This document shows positions 13,510 through 30,124 of a stretch of 64,000 nt of DNA, one piece after another (the stretch's first letter is position 1; every line of letters begins with the position of its first letter). The stretch comes from the human T2T-CHM13v2.0 reference genome, Homo sapiens. A program made the translations under genes and the position numbers. The DNA lies in NCBI RefSeq assembly GCF_009914755.1, contig NC_060947.1; one strand, given 5' to 3'. The notes beneath the pieces are model-generated. The model made no database searches. It saw only the letters and a list, made by a program, of their open reading frames with translations, and had not been told where the DNA came from.

Positions 13510-13965
13510 GACTGGGCTCGGTGGCTCACGCCTGTAATCCCAGCACTTTGGGAGGCTGAGGCGGCAGATCGCGAGGTCAGGAGATCAAGGCCATCCTGGC
13601 TAACATGGTGAAGCCTCGTCTCTACTGAAAATACAAAAAATTAGCCGGGCCTGGTGGCAGGCACCTGTAGTCCCAGCTACTCAGGAGGCTGAGGCAGGAG
13701 AATGGCATGAACCTGGGAGGCAGAGCTTGCAGTGAGCAGAGATCTCGCCACTGCACTCCAGCCTGGGTGACAGGGCGAGACTCCATCTCAGAAAAAAAAA
13801 AAAAAGGCAAGCTCAGCCGGGCATGGTGGCTCACACCTGTAATCCCAGCACTTTGGGAGGCCGAGGTGGGCAGATCACCTGAGGTCAGGAGTTCGAGACC
13901 AGCCTGACCAACATGGTGAAACCCCGTCTCCACTAAAAATACAAAAAATAATAATAATAAAATAA
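13510..13965 (+). mobile_element. Full Alu (13510-13805) followed by an Alu left-arm fragment (13815-13965)
   Basis: Alu consensus; aagctca occurs before, between and after. Confidence 0.92.
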
Positions 13966-14745
13966 AGCTCATATCCTGAAAAACATCTCATCAACACAGA
14001 CCACAAACAATAATAGGTCATGCCTAAAAGTCCAAACACTGGCAAACGTCACTATTGCCAGCTCATCACATTAGTGGCTAAGATTAAAAGCTGAGAAGAA
14101 AAAGAAAATGGTGTCTTTCTTCTACCAAATTAGCCCCAATCACGTATGTCCTAAATCTGTGGGCCCCTTCTGTGAATAAGCCTCTACTGTGCTTTTCCAG
14201 AAAGTGTCATGCCAGGTCTTGCTGGCTTCTAGTCAGATTGTCTTGCTCTTCTTGGGACACAAATTCATCAGGCTGGAGACCCCAGTGTGTTTGTTCCTAT
14301 CACTGTGACTGGGGACCTGGCTCAGAGTACACCCAGGACATGGAGGCCAGAGCCACGGGTTTTGGGAGGGATTTGCTCAGTTACACACTGGGCGATGTGC
14401 TCATGGATGCTGAGGTATGTCTCTAGTAGTAGATACACATTTACTCTGACTCATGTAGTCTTTCACTCCAGGATTCTGGGGACCAAACTTGAGGAACTGG
14501 TGGAATTTCAGGCTAAGTCTGAGGCCCGATTGAGGTGTGAAGCTCTTGAGGTCAGGAACTTGGTCTGTGGCCAGGGCTGGGGTGAAGAATGGAATGAAAC
14601 CAGGTAGCCCCAAGAACATCGAGGTGCGTCACCCATTAGCCTGGGGCTCCCATGGCAATGTGGCTCTGTCAGCTCTGGGCTGTGGGTATTGTGTGGTGGG
14701 GGGAGGCGAGTATGTGGGCCCTCGGGCAGCCATTTAGCCCACTGA

Positions 14746-14976
<231 letters not shown>

Positions 14977-15060
14977 TAACACAGAGGGTCCACCTCTCCC
15001 CACACCAAGCACTCCCCTGCATTCCTTTCAATTATACATTAAATAGCAAACTATTTATAA

Positions 15061-15435
<375 letters not shown>

Positions 15436-15619
15436 TGAGCATGACCACCTCAATAGCCACTACTCAGGCCGGAAGGCCCTATTTGATGCAAGAAGGAAGG
15501 TCACATGGGAGGGGAAACTCACTTGCAGCCACGGACAGGCAGCCAGGCAATCTTGACGGGGCAGGAGGCTGGCGGGGGAAGGGGTGGAGTTTGAGAAGGG
15601 ATGAAAGTCTGGGCAACAG

Positions 15620-15905
15620 GGCTGGACATGGTGGCTCCTGCCTATAATCCCAGCACTTTGGGAGACTGGGGCCGATCACTTGAGGTCAGGAGTTTGAGAC
15701 CAGCCTGGCCAACATGGCAAAACCCCATCTCTACTAAAAATACAAAAATTAGCCAGGCGTGGTGGCACATGCCTGTAATTCCAGCTACTCAGAGACTGAG
15801 GCAGGAGAATTGCTTGAACTTAGGAGACAGAGGTTACAGTGTGCCAAGATCGTGCCACTGCACTCCAGCCTGGGCAACAGAGCAAGACTCTGTCTCAAAA
15901 AAAAA

Positions 15906-15941
<36 letters not shown>

Positions 15942-15960
15942 GAAAGAAAAAAAAAAAAGA
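15620..15960 (+). mobile_element. Alu with (GAAA)n tail
   Basis: TSD AAAGTCTGGGCAA at 15604-15616 and 15961-15973. Confidence 0.95.
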
Positions 15961-16054
15961 AAAGTCTGGGCAAGGGATGCTTCTTGAGGAGGCGGGCCTG
16001 GGACAGGGGCAGCTTGAGAAAGATGAAATGGCCTGAGGCAATCCATCCACCTCA

Positions 16055-16548
<494 letters not shown>

Positions 16549-16567
16549 CTAAAAGGAGCCACTGAGG

Positions 16568-17136
16568 CAGTGGTGTGCTGGAGTTGGCTCGTACTGGGCT
16601 TATACCAGCTCACAAGAGCAGTTGGTCAAACTGTCAAAAATTGTGCAAGCCAGTTGTTAAACACAACCATTATTAAAAATCAAATTAAAGAAACTTACAA
16701 TTCAGTTAATTATATTTTTTTAAAAAGGTAAACTGGGCATGGTGGTGTACACCTATAATCCCAGCTACTCAGGAGGACGAGGCAAGATGATTGCTTGAGC
16801 CCAGTAAGAGTCCAGCCTGGGCAACATAGGGAGACTCTGTCTCTAAATAAATAAATTTAAAAAAATAAAATTTTGTAAAAACGAACAAAGGTAATACAGT
16901 AAATCTTCAAAACTCATCACTTCCTAATTCTTGTACTACCTTTTACTCTTATCAATGCTGCTGAGGTTACGTGCATCCATAGCATCTTCATGGTGGCAAT
17001 AGCCTCACCCTCATTTCAGACAACACGTCCAGTGATGTCAAAATGGTAGCTTGACATTGGCCGTGGAGGGGAGTGTTTACAACACAGGAATTGGCAACTC
17101 ATCAGGGCCAGCTGTTAAACAGTTATCACCTCACTG
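16568..17136 (+). mobile_element. MER63-like hAT-Blackjack DNA transposon relic interrupted by an Alu monomer (about 16733-16865)
   Basis: Starts CAGTGGTGTGCTGGAG; internal gttgttaaacac and aaactcatcacttcctaatt match MER63 as recalled; ends ...gttaaacagttatcacctcactg. Confidence 0.6.
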
Positions 17137-17641
17137 AGGTGTGGTGAGGTAGGGGGAGCTCTGGAGTCTGGCTTGGTTGTGGGTTGCCTTGGGACTTGAA
17201 CCTGAATTCCCTTGGCCTGAGTTTACAGATGAGGAGTAAGTAACCCTTGGGCCTTACTCCTCATTTGTAAACTCAGGCCAACAATACCACTTACCTTCAA
17301 GTGTCACTGTAAGGATTCAGTGAAATGGCAGGCAGGCCTGGCACACAGAAACACAGGCAAAAGTAGTTTCCTCTCTAGCGACATTGTCTGCCCAGTTGTG
17401 CGGTAGCAATGGTTGAGTCCAGGTTGTGCCACCGTGGTCTTTTCTGTATGTACATCGGCACTTGAGGCTGACAAAAGCACATCCACATGGTGCCCTGGTT
17501 GAACCTGTTTCTGTGAGGTAACCAGGGCAAGGACTGTCACTCTCATTTTTACAAAAGGGGAAGAAACTAGGGCTCAGAGAGTGCCATTCAGCCTATAAGT
17601 GGTAGAGTTGGGGTTTGAGCCAGCCCCTAGCTCTTCACTAA

Positions 17642-17863
<222 letters not shown>

Positions 17864-17969
17864 TAGGGGATGCGGGGGACACCTGCCGAATCTGGAGGAA
17901 AGGACTGGGTTACAGCCGTGCTGGTGGCACACTGTCTGGGCGGGGGGTAAGAGAAAGGAATGCTTACTC

Positions 17970-18466
17970 TTTGCCTGCTGGGAACATTCTCAGTCCTCTT
18001 CACATTAAATCTTCTCAACAACCTCATGGGGCCAGTACTGTTATCCTTGCTTTATTGATGTGGAAACAGGGTCTTAGGGAGGTTAAGTGACTTGCCCAAG
18101 ATGACCCAGTCTTGAACTCAGATGTACCGTAGAGGAACTTCCACTTGCTATCCTCAGGCCCCGGAGAGGCCCACGGGCAGAGGAAGAGTCTCAGTCACCC
18201 TCTTGGACCAGCCCGTCCCCACCTTTCCAAGGGGAGCTAGAGGCTACAGATCCCTGGGCCTCTGATGCCCCAGTCGGGGGTGGGCGTATGAGGTCTCCAG
18301 CTGTGAAGAGTCAGCCTCTTGACCCTAGACCATAGTTGCTGGGCTCAGGGCATCACCTGGCATCTTCTAGAAGTCCATGGGACAGGACAAGAGGTGCCAG
18401 CAGGGAACTCGTCCAGGCAGGGGCTTTGGGTTCTGCAGCCCCATTCAGCACCGCCTTTCTTGCCCC
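17970..18466 (+). repeat. Left arm of old inverted duplication (MIR fragment plus about 340 bp non-repeat sequence)
   Basis: Colinear with the reverse complement of about 24361-24930. Confidence 0.9.
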
Positions 18467-18857
18467 TCAAGTCCACTCCAAGTTTCCTGCTTTCTCTGCC
18501 TCCACAGACACTTCCCTGCCCCCGACTGAAAATCATTCAAAATGCCCACTACTCTGTACTTCCCAGGGAGAAGGAGCCCAACTGAGTTTCTATGTGACAT
18601 TGTAACTACACATTGAGTTAAGCAGGGAAAGTCAAATATGAATGCAGGGCATAGCTTCCTGGGTGGAGGGAGCGTTGGAGTGGGTATCAGGGAACATGGA
18701 GTCTAATGGACTGACTCAGTGCTGCCAGTTATAAAATGAGAAGCCTTGAGCAGTTCACTTGGTCTGTGTGACCTCAGATTTCCGCATCTGTTCATTGGAG
18801 TGTTGGCCCAGTTGTTCTCTAGAGGCCCTCCTAATTTGCCCATTCTTTGGTCAGTGA

Positions 18858-19616
<759 letters not shown>

Positions 19617-19732
19617 TGAGCTTGGTCCTCACTAGTATCTAGTATCAGGGAGGCACAACTGCCCCAGGGATGGGGACCAGGAAATGACAGCTATGCGTAG
19701 TTGGGGAGGACCTAGGCAGGGGTGGCTGGTAA

Positions 19733-19927
<195 letters not shown>

Positions 19928-20306
19928 TAGGAGCGGCCTGGTGAGGGTGTGTGCCCACCGGCATTCCAGGGAGGGGAGGCTTGCCCTGGCCTTGCCTTCT
20001 GTCCACGCTCTGCCCTAGGACTGCTCTGCAGTGGAAAGGTACTTTCCACTTGAATTAGAATTTCAGGGAAAGTGTACGGGAGAAAGGAGTTGTAGGGATG
20101 ATTGGGCCCAACCTCCTTTGGATCAAAGGGGACCCTTAAGGCCAAAGAAGGCAAAGCCTTACTTGAGGCCTCAAAGCTGAGTAATAACAGAGCCAGGATT
20201 CAAGCCCACTGCCTGGCTCCAGCTTAGTGCTAAAGAAGTGTGAGCTCCTGGACTGCAGAGCTGGCCTGGAAACAACTCCTACCAGCTTCTAAGCTGGAAG
20301 CAGTGA

Positions 20307-20609
<303 letters not shown>

Positions 20610-21985
20610 GGTGGCGGTGGCAATAGGCCAAGGCTGGGACCCAGCTGCAAAGGCTGTAGGAGTGGGCCCAGCCTCCCGTGGTGGCCCAGGCCCTGAGGAC
20701 TGGCACTGAGCCTGGCCCTGCTTCCCCAGGGACACTTAGGGCCACAGAGGCCAGGCCAGGGCCCTACAGGTTCCAGGCTCAGCTGGAGTGGTTGGGGAGT
20801 CGCCCAAGGGCACATCCCACCTGCCTGAGCCCCGCCCTCCACCAGCGACTGACAGCGCAGCCCCTCCTGGCACCAACTGCTCCCCTGCCATGGCCACGGC
20901 CACAGCAAGTGGGGCACTGGGAAACCCTGCCCATGTCCCTCACCAACAAGGCCTCCAAATCCTCCTCACCCCCACACCACCTACCCCTGTCGCACTGCTC
21001 CTGAAAAGGGGGCCAAGTCAATGTTTCAGGTCGGTCTAAAAACCCTAGGGAAGCTGGCCATTTAAAAGAACCCAAACTGACCATGGGTAAATCCAGTTCC
21101 CCTAAATAAGGCCTGAAGAAATCCACAGGTACCATTCCCACTTTCCTTCTCCCTAGCTTTCTTAGAGGTTTGGCCACTAAATCTTATGAGACTTGAACCA
21201 AGTGGCTTCCTCTTTCTAGGCTTAGGACGGGTTGGGGTTAGAAAGGGTGATCACTGAAGGCCTTGCCTGCTCTGACATTCTGTGACATTAAATGTCTATT
21301 CTCCTGTTACCTGTGGCCTGGGACACCAGTGGGGTTTATCGAGGGGACCAGAGGGGCCTCAGGCTTTCAGATGAAATGGCTCCTCCTACTCACCCACTTT
21401 ATTCCTCTCCATGTAATTCAGGACAAGCTGCAACTTCCCCCAGCTTAACACAATGCCCATACCTCATACGATATGCGCCCTCCCGTTCCATCCCTGGCCC
21501 CCTCAAACGAGACTTCTCACAAGGCTGATTACAGATGGTCAAACCTGGCTTCCAAGGACAGAATTGCCTCTCGGAAGCCAGCTGTGGATCTGAGTCCAGA
21601 GTTGGCCACTTGTGTGGGTCCTCACAAGCAAAGAGAGCACTAAACTTGACATTGGGGGTCCACCACTCCAACTTTGCTTTCTGAAGGTTTTGGTGTACAT
21701 TGAGCCCCAGAAGGAAAGGAGAGTATCTGTGAGTGGGGGCCTCCCTTGACCCCAGTACGAAGTCTATGCCCTGAATCCCCAGAGTAGCCCTTCCTGGTGC
21801 CCAACTGGCCTGGGGACAAACAGCGTCCACTACATCTAGGACTGCCGGCTAAGTGGACACACTTCTTGACCTCCTACCAGGAACTTTGGTAAAAGCTAGC
21901 TTTGGGGAAGGGGTTGGGTGTAAATATGAGAGGGTGGAGGGAGACCAGCTGGTAGCAATAAACATGGGTAGAACTAAATTACCGT
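20610..21985 (+). other. SASH3: SASH3 3'UTR (end approximate)
   Basis: Runs from the stop codon to AATAAA at 21957-21962, followed by T/GT-rich sequence. Confidence 0.75.
21957..21962 (+). terminator. SASH3 polyadenylation signal AATAAA
   Basis: First canonical AATAAA I found after the stop; downstream ttatcttttct and gtgttgtgg elements. Confidence 0.8.
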
Positions 21986-22714
21986 CTCCAGTTATCTTTT
22001 CTATGGAGAGAGTGTTGTGGGGAGGGGCAGACCGGTCTCCTTCAAAGCTGGCCTCAGCAAAGTGTCCCTCACTGTCCTTTCAGGTCCATCTTTCCCTTCC
22101 CTTAAATGTTCAGTGCCCTTGACTCTGCTGACCTAAAGCTCCAGTCTGAAGCCCTAGCTGGCTCTGCCCTCCCCTCTAACCAGCCCTCCTCAGAACAAGG
22201 CTCAAGCTCCCATGACCACGGGCTTTGCTGGGGTCCAAGAGGTGTAGGGGGGAATGGCTATTTCCCTCATCCAATAACTGTTCATTTTAACAGGGCCCTT
22301 AAAGACCTTCACCCGTGTGAAGAAAGGCCTGCACTGAGGAGCTGTCCAGGATCTAAGAGGGGGAGATTTGGGGTCAGCATGGCCTTTCCTCTGAAGTCAC
22401 CTTTTCCTGGCCCCCACCCTGTACCCACTAAAGCAGTGCCATCTCCTGGGAGGTAGGATGGAGATGAAGACCTCTAGCTTCCTTTCTGTTTCTGCCAGAA
22501 TTAACTGCATTGGGCATTGGGAAGGGGGTTACTGGAGAGAGAGCTGCCACCAGAGTGAGGACGAGGCCACTTGACTTCCAGGCCTTGTTCTCAGTTGCAT
22601 TCATCCCACCACCCTTAGTGACTGGGGGTGCCAGGAAACTGCAAGCATGATCCTCACCAAAGATATAAGAGCCCTAACAGCCTCAAAGCCCCAAGGGTAC
22701 TGAATAATTGCAGT

Positions 22715-22935
22715 CATTTAAGGAGCACCTCCACTTGTGCCAGGCACTGAGCACTTTACATATAGCATCTCCTGTAATCCTCACAGTGTCCCCCTGAGGT
22801 GGGTGCCCTCATCATCCCAGTTTACAGAGGAGGAAACTGAGGGTTGGGGAGGTTGAAGAAGTTGACTAGAAAGTAACAGAGCAGGAGTCTTCCTGACTGC
22901 AGAACCCATGTTCTTAACTCCTATGCTACAATGCT
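22715..22935 (-). mobile_element. MIR
   Basis: cacttgtgccaggcactg...tttacagaggaggaaactgagg pattern. Confidence 0.8.
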
Positions 22936-23239
22936 TCTCCAAAGGCCTCATCCAACAAGCATTCAAAAGTCCTGGGCACTTTGGAGGGCAAGCTGACTCT
23001 CTGACCCAGCCATTTCCCTTCTAGAATTTAATCAGCCACATAAGTGCAGAAACAGCCACATAAGTGCACAAATACCTATGGACAAAGATATCTACAACAG
23101 CTCTGTCTGTAATAGTAAAAAATTGAAAACAATGCAAATGGGGAATTAAATGCTTTATGGTTTGTTCATATACCACGCAGCCATGACACATGATGTTGTA
23201 GAAAAATATTTAATAACATGAGGAAAATCTTTGTGTTTT

Positions 23240-23561
23240 TTTATTCTTTGATTCTATTTATTTTTCTAGAGACAGGGTTTCGCTCTGTTGCCCAGGCTGG
23301 AGTGATGTGGCACAATCATAGCTCACTGCAGCCTCGAATTCCCAGGTTCAGGTGATCCTCCCACCTCAGTTTCCTGAGTTAGCTGGGACTAGAGGCATGC
23401 GCCACCACACCCAGCTAATTTTTGTTTAGTTTTTGTAGAGATGAAGTGTAGTTATGTTGCCCAGTTGCCCAGGCTGGTCTCAAACTCCTGGGCTCAAGCA
23501 ATCCGCCCGCCTCAGCCTCCCAAAGTGCTGGGATTACAGGCGTGAGCTACCACACCCAGCC
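23240..23561 (-). mobile_element. Alu (J-type)
   Basis: Reverse Alu with atcatagctcactgcagcctcga. Confidence 0.92.
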
Positions 23562-24360
23562 TTCAATTTCAAATTTGAAAATTACACAAATAATGTATAA
23601 ACATTTTAGTTGTAAAATAAATTTGTGTTATAGCAAGGGGAAAAGCAAATCCTAAAACATTATTAATAGGATGATTCCATTTTTATTTTAGAAAAGGAGA
23701 ACATATACATAGAATAAAGACTATGAAGATCTGCACCAAATGACTACTACTGGTGATCTTGTGAGGCGTGTGGGGTGGGACTAGGGGAGTGAGGGAGAAA
23801 AATGCTCACTTTCTACATTCTTCTTTTATTTGCACTTCAAAAGTATTATTTTTATATCTATGAAGAAAAGGAAACTGCATTTCAATTTTTGAAAAAAAAA
23901 ATAAAACTAAATTAACAAATAAATAGGGCCCACGCCTCTGGCCTCCAATACGGGACAGTAGCAGCAAAATCATTATCCTGCTGCCTTTTGGTACACGGTT
24001 CTGGAAAGATGAGAGGTGAATAATGGCCAAAGTGCTTAAAATCCATGCATGCCAGGGTGCACCTATCAGAGGAGATTCCTAAACCTTTTAAAACCCCTGT
24101 GTAATAGGTATTGCTCTAAGCTGGGGAAAGGAAAAGATCAGAAGGAGATGAATGCCTGGGAACATGATGTTTGGAAATCCTCTCCTACCCTGGGGAGGCA
24201 GCTCAGGGGTGGTGTGTCTCAGATATCAGGCCCAGTTTGGCATATAGGATGATTACAGGCTGGAGGTAGGTAGCTGTGCAAGGACCCCAAGGATCACAGT
24301 AGTTTGGGAGGGGCAGGTAAGGCGGGGCATCAAGGGAATGTAGAACAGGCCAGGGCCCAA

Positions 24361-24930
24361 GGGGCAAGAAAGGCAGTGCTGAGGAGGGCCACAGGGCCCA
24401 AAGCTCCTCCTCCAGGCAGGGCTGCTGACACCTATTGTCCTGCCCCATGTACTTCTAGAAGATGCCAAGTGGTGCCCTGAATCCAGCAACCAAGGTCTAG
24501 GGTGCAAAGAGCTGATTCTTCACAGCTGGAGACCTTACACGCCCACCCCAGCCTGGGATGTCAGCAGCCCAGAGAGCTGTAGCCTCTAGCTGACCCCCCT
24601 TCGAAGGGTGGGGACAGGCTGGTCTAAAAGGGTGATGAGGCAAGCTCTTCTTCTGCCCGTGGGCCTCTCCAGGGCCTGGGGAGAGCAAGCAGAAGCTTCT
24701 CTAGGGTAGTTGAGGCCTAGCACTTAGGAGCTCAGGCCCACCTGAGTTCAAGTCTTGGCTGTGTCACTTCCTAGCTGGGTCACCTTAGACAAGTCATTTA
24801 ACCTCCTTGAGCCTCCGTTTCCACGACAATAATGTAGGAATACTAGCACTAGCCCCATGGGGCTGTTATGAAGATTTAATGTACTAGCATAAAGTCCTTT
24901 GCACAGTGTCCAGCACAAAATAAATGCTCA
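24361..24930 (-). repeat. Right arm of old inverted duplication
   Basis: For example ggagaggcccacgggcaga, gctagaggctacag, aggtctccagctgtgaaga and tggcatcttctagaagt are shared with 18160-18375. Confidence 0.9.
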
Positions 24931-27456
24931 AGGAGTGATAGTGTGTCTGGCTGCCTCGATTTGCTCCATCCTGCTACCTCCATTTCACTCCTTTCAAGGC
25001 CCATCTGACCTTTGACTCCCAGTTAGTATAGTGAAGTGACCAAAAGCAAAAGGCCTTGGAGTTCAAATAAAGTGTTTTCAAACTCTTGCTACACCACTTA
25101 CTAGTTATATGACATTGGGTAAAGTACATACATATACATTTCTTTTCTGTGGAACAGGAATAATGATCTAATAATACCTACCTCTTGGGGGTCATGAGAG
25201 AAATCAATCAGATAACTCGTACAAAGTTCCTGGCACATAGGACATTAAATGGCGGCTATTCGACTTTTTTGTAACCTCCAAGGCACTGAGCTCAAGACTG
25301 GGCACAAAGGCCATGTCGGTACATGCTTGTCTGAGGACTGACTGATGTTCAGACCTGTCATATCCCAGACACCACTGATGTCCAGGTCCCCAGGAGGTGT
25401 TGGGATTCAGGGGTAAAGGGTGCCAACTCTGGTACCCAGAGAGGCTGGTGATGAAAGAAAACCCACTTGAGGAGCCTGGGGCAGCCCTGGCTCTGCCCAG
25501 TCCACAGCAAGTTGATCAGCCCTGGGCATTAGACTTACTTTAGGCAACTCTCTTGGACTTCCAGGAGCTGCTAGAAAGAAGAGAATAAAGACCAGATTTC
25601 AGAAGAAAGAGTTGAGTCTAGCCAGCTCCTCACCAGTTCAGAGTTAGAGCCACCTTCTGTGTCTCCTTCCTATCAGGAGAAGCAGCTGGAGGCACCAGCA
25701 CAGCCCAACTGAACCATGTCCTCTCTCACTTGCTTCCTCTGTATCTCACAACCTGACCTTAGACTACCCCAGCAGGTTCTGATCCGCCCCCCAAAGGCCT
25801 CTGCAAATTCCCTCTCCTAAACCCCAAACCCTATGGCACTGTGATCTGATACATGGCACTGAGGCCCCAGCCCCTATGAGTCAGTTTCTCATTTCCTACT
25901 CACAGAGCTCCCCGCCCACAGTTGGGCCATGAGAGACCTAGGCATTAAAACAAAGGCTAAACGAGGTGTTTTACGGGAAAAATAGGCACTGATCACCATC
26001 GTCTCAACAAGGCCCAACAAGGCCCTTCCCCCCTCCCAAGTCAGGAAATTCAGGATGAGGTATGAGGTTTCCCACTGGGGAAAAGAAGTGGCTCTCCCAC
26101 CTCTCCTTCACAATAGAGGCTACCATAGCTTCTCACACAACATTGGCCATATTACATATTATTCAGCCAACAACACAATCAAGTGGGAAGGAACTGCCTC
26201 CCCTCTAGACTCAGCCAAGACTCCTCCTCCAGGAAGGACCTAAATAAATGGAATTCTATAGCACTTGATATGTAGGCTTCACCTTTTCCTATAACTTCAC
26301 AGTAACCAATATAGCATTTGTATACCATTGCCTCTGGGACCTGCCAGGGATAGCGTCAGAAAGAGCCCAGAGCAATGGCCCTCACAAAGGGACAGCCAAC
26401 TTGACTGTGGGAACTTAGCAAGGCAATTTCCTGACTTTCTGTGCTAAAGAAACCACAGCATCAGTTCAACCTAAATGCAGGGGTCTGGAGAGAGACTTAA
26501 GAGAGTTAAGTTGAAAACAAAAATCCAACAACCAGCCTCATATCAGCCCGACTATATATAAGTCCTCTGTATGCCTAAAATGGAGAGCTTATCAGTAATA
26601 TTCATCCCAAATGGCAAATAATCCTAAAAATCATTGCTGTTTCTCAACTTACGAGGGTTGGTACTGCAATTTCTCCTAAAGTTAACCCTAGCATGCAGTC
26701 AATCTTCAACAAGTATTTATTGAATGTTAAATAAATGAAAGCTTCATTTCATTCAAGTGTCATTTGCAGTTATTCTAACTCTTTTATCCATCTACACCTG
26801 CTTGACAGAGGACCAGTCGGTTATGCCAGAAAGCTCTCTAGACTGGGAGCCAGTACATCTGGGTTCTGGTCTTGGCTCTGACAGTAACTCTCTATGTGAC
26901 CCTAAGTTACAGTATTTAATTTGAGGGAGAAAGAGAGAGAGAGAGAGAAGCATAGACTACATGATCAATATGTTCCTTTAAGCTATGTCGTTCAACAGAA
27001 TCTGTGTTTTATGACGAATAATCATCATGTCTCGTATTTGGGCAGAAAACCCCAACCCTTTTAACCAAGTTGGAACAGCTAAACAGCTGGAGATGGGCAG
27101 GGGCTGGCAGAAAAAGCAGTGAGAAGGCAAGTGGGGGAGTGAAGAAAGTGAAGGGCTTGGAATGTCAGGGAGGTAATTCTACTCTAGATTCTAAAGTTGT
27201 AAAGCCACTTCTAAATCAAGGGCCCCTTCATTTCCTGGCCCGTGGTGAAGTGTGAGCTCTAAGTTCTAATTTATTAATCAATCAGAAAACCCCTTAATGC
27301 CTGAAGAAAAATAGACAAAAGATTAGGACAGACAATTTACAGAAGAAATACAAATGGTAATAAACATAAGGCAGAGGAGAGGTGCAGAAAGTGTTTAACT
27401 TCACTATTAATCAAATAAATATAAACTAACACTGAGATATAAGTTTACAACTATCA

Positions 27457-27783
<327 letters not shown>

Positions 27784-28066
27784 TTAAATGACATGGGTTG
27801 ATTAGAGTCTTCTCTGATACACTGCTGGCAAAACAAACAGGGACGGCCTTTCAATAAAGCAATTTGGCCACATTTATCAAGAGCCTTTAAAAGAGCATTC
27901 CCTTTGACTCAATAATTCCACTTCTAGGAATCTATCCTAAAGAAATACTCACAGACACACCCATATTTAAGGAAGTTCATCACAGCATTATTTGTAATAA
28001 TGAAAAATTAGAAACTCTTAAATGCCTGACATGTACACATTACAAAGTCATTAAGAAGTATTTTTG

Positions 28067-28679
<613 letters not shown>

Positions 28680-30124
28680 TCAAATAATTTCTAATGATAT
28701 GGAAAATACTAAGTTAAAAAAGCAGGTTTACAAAACTACATTTATAGTCTAATTCCAGTTATGTTTAAAAAAAACATGTGCACAGAAAAAAAGACTACCA
28801 AGAAATGCACCAAAACATTAATTAATGGTGATTATTACATCTTGGTGATGAGGTTATGGGTGATTTTTTCAAATCTTACTATTCTGTACTTCTCCAATTT
28901 TCAAAAATGAGCTTTAAATTTTTAAAAAAGCACATTAAGGGTGTGAGGGGAGGAGGATGTTTATTTTCTCTCCAAGCTTTCCAAATATTAAGGGTTAGAA
29001 AGGGACCCTTGAGATAATCTAGTCCAGTGGTCCTCAAAACTAGCAGCCCTAGCACTCCCTTGGTATATGTCATATTTTGAATGCATCTTTTGCCACCCTG
29101 AAATGAACTTTATAGTTAATATGACCTGCTTATGTACATAATTTCAAGAATAGTAATATAATATACTAATTAGACTATAAAATCACTGTGCAAGCAATCT
29201 CTATAAATGAAGACTCATACAAGTATGTTATATTGGCAACTTAAATACCCATGAATGGCACTGTCGTCAGTGACATGATTTTCAAAAGTTGTGAGCAACT
29301 CTTAGTAAAGTTTTGAACAAAATAAAATATCCTCTTCCGCCAATGTACACAGTTGTTGCATTCCTGGAAATTCAGTGTATATATTAAAACTGTAAAAACA
29401 TTTTGTGTTCATTTGTAAAATAATTAGGTCTAGCTAATTATACCAGGTTTTTCCACCTACATTAACGTACAGAACATTGAAAGTTTTACTGATGTAGATT
29501 TGCAGTTCCCATTGCCCTTTCATATTAATCCCAAATATAAAGTTTATAATGATTCTTTTTTCTGTGAGCTGGGCTTGCATCCTTTAAAACAAATGATATT
29601 CAGAGTTGTAGCCTTTGACACTGTTTCTAAAGCCTATCACCAAGAACAGCAAGAGATTCCTAGAATGTATTCTCCAAACTGACACAAATGCTTTTTGAAT
29701 TACTGGGAACATGACTCTTCTTTAGTAGCACCAAGGCATGAGAACGAATTATCATTTTTTTAAAACCATTTACTGTGCTCCCTTGGTGATTTCCCCTGGC
29801 CTGGCCCCAACTCAGGAGTATAAAATGAACTGAGCTGGAAGAAAAGGACTAACAGGGCCAGGCCATGGGGAGAGGGGAGGGGGCTGGGTTGCTAGGTTAC
29901 TACTAGAGCCAATCCAAGTGGTCCCAGAGGGGTACCAGATACAGGACAGGTCCTTCTCTCTGCCCCCACTAAGTTGAGGGCCCTCTCAGAGGAAGGGGGT
30001 CAAAAGGTGGGGGAGGGAGTCCAATCACTCACACTAGGCACAAGTAAAGAAATGAGGCAGAAGCACAAAGAAACAGACAGCCCTGTATTTCTAAAACCAT
30101 TCAAGGCTCCTTCATTAATTGGCT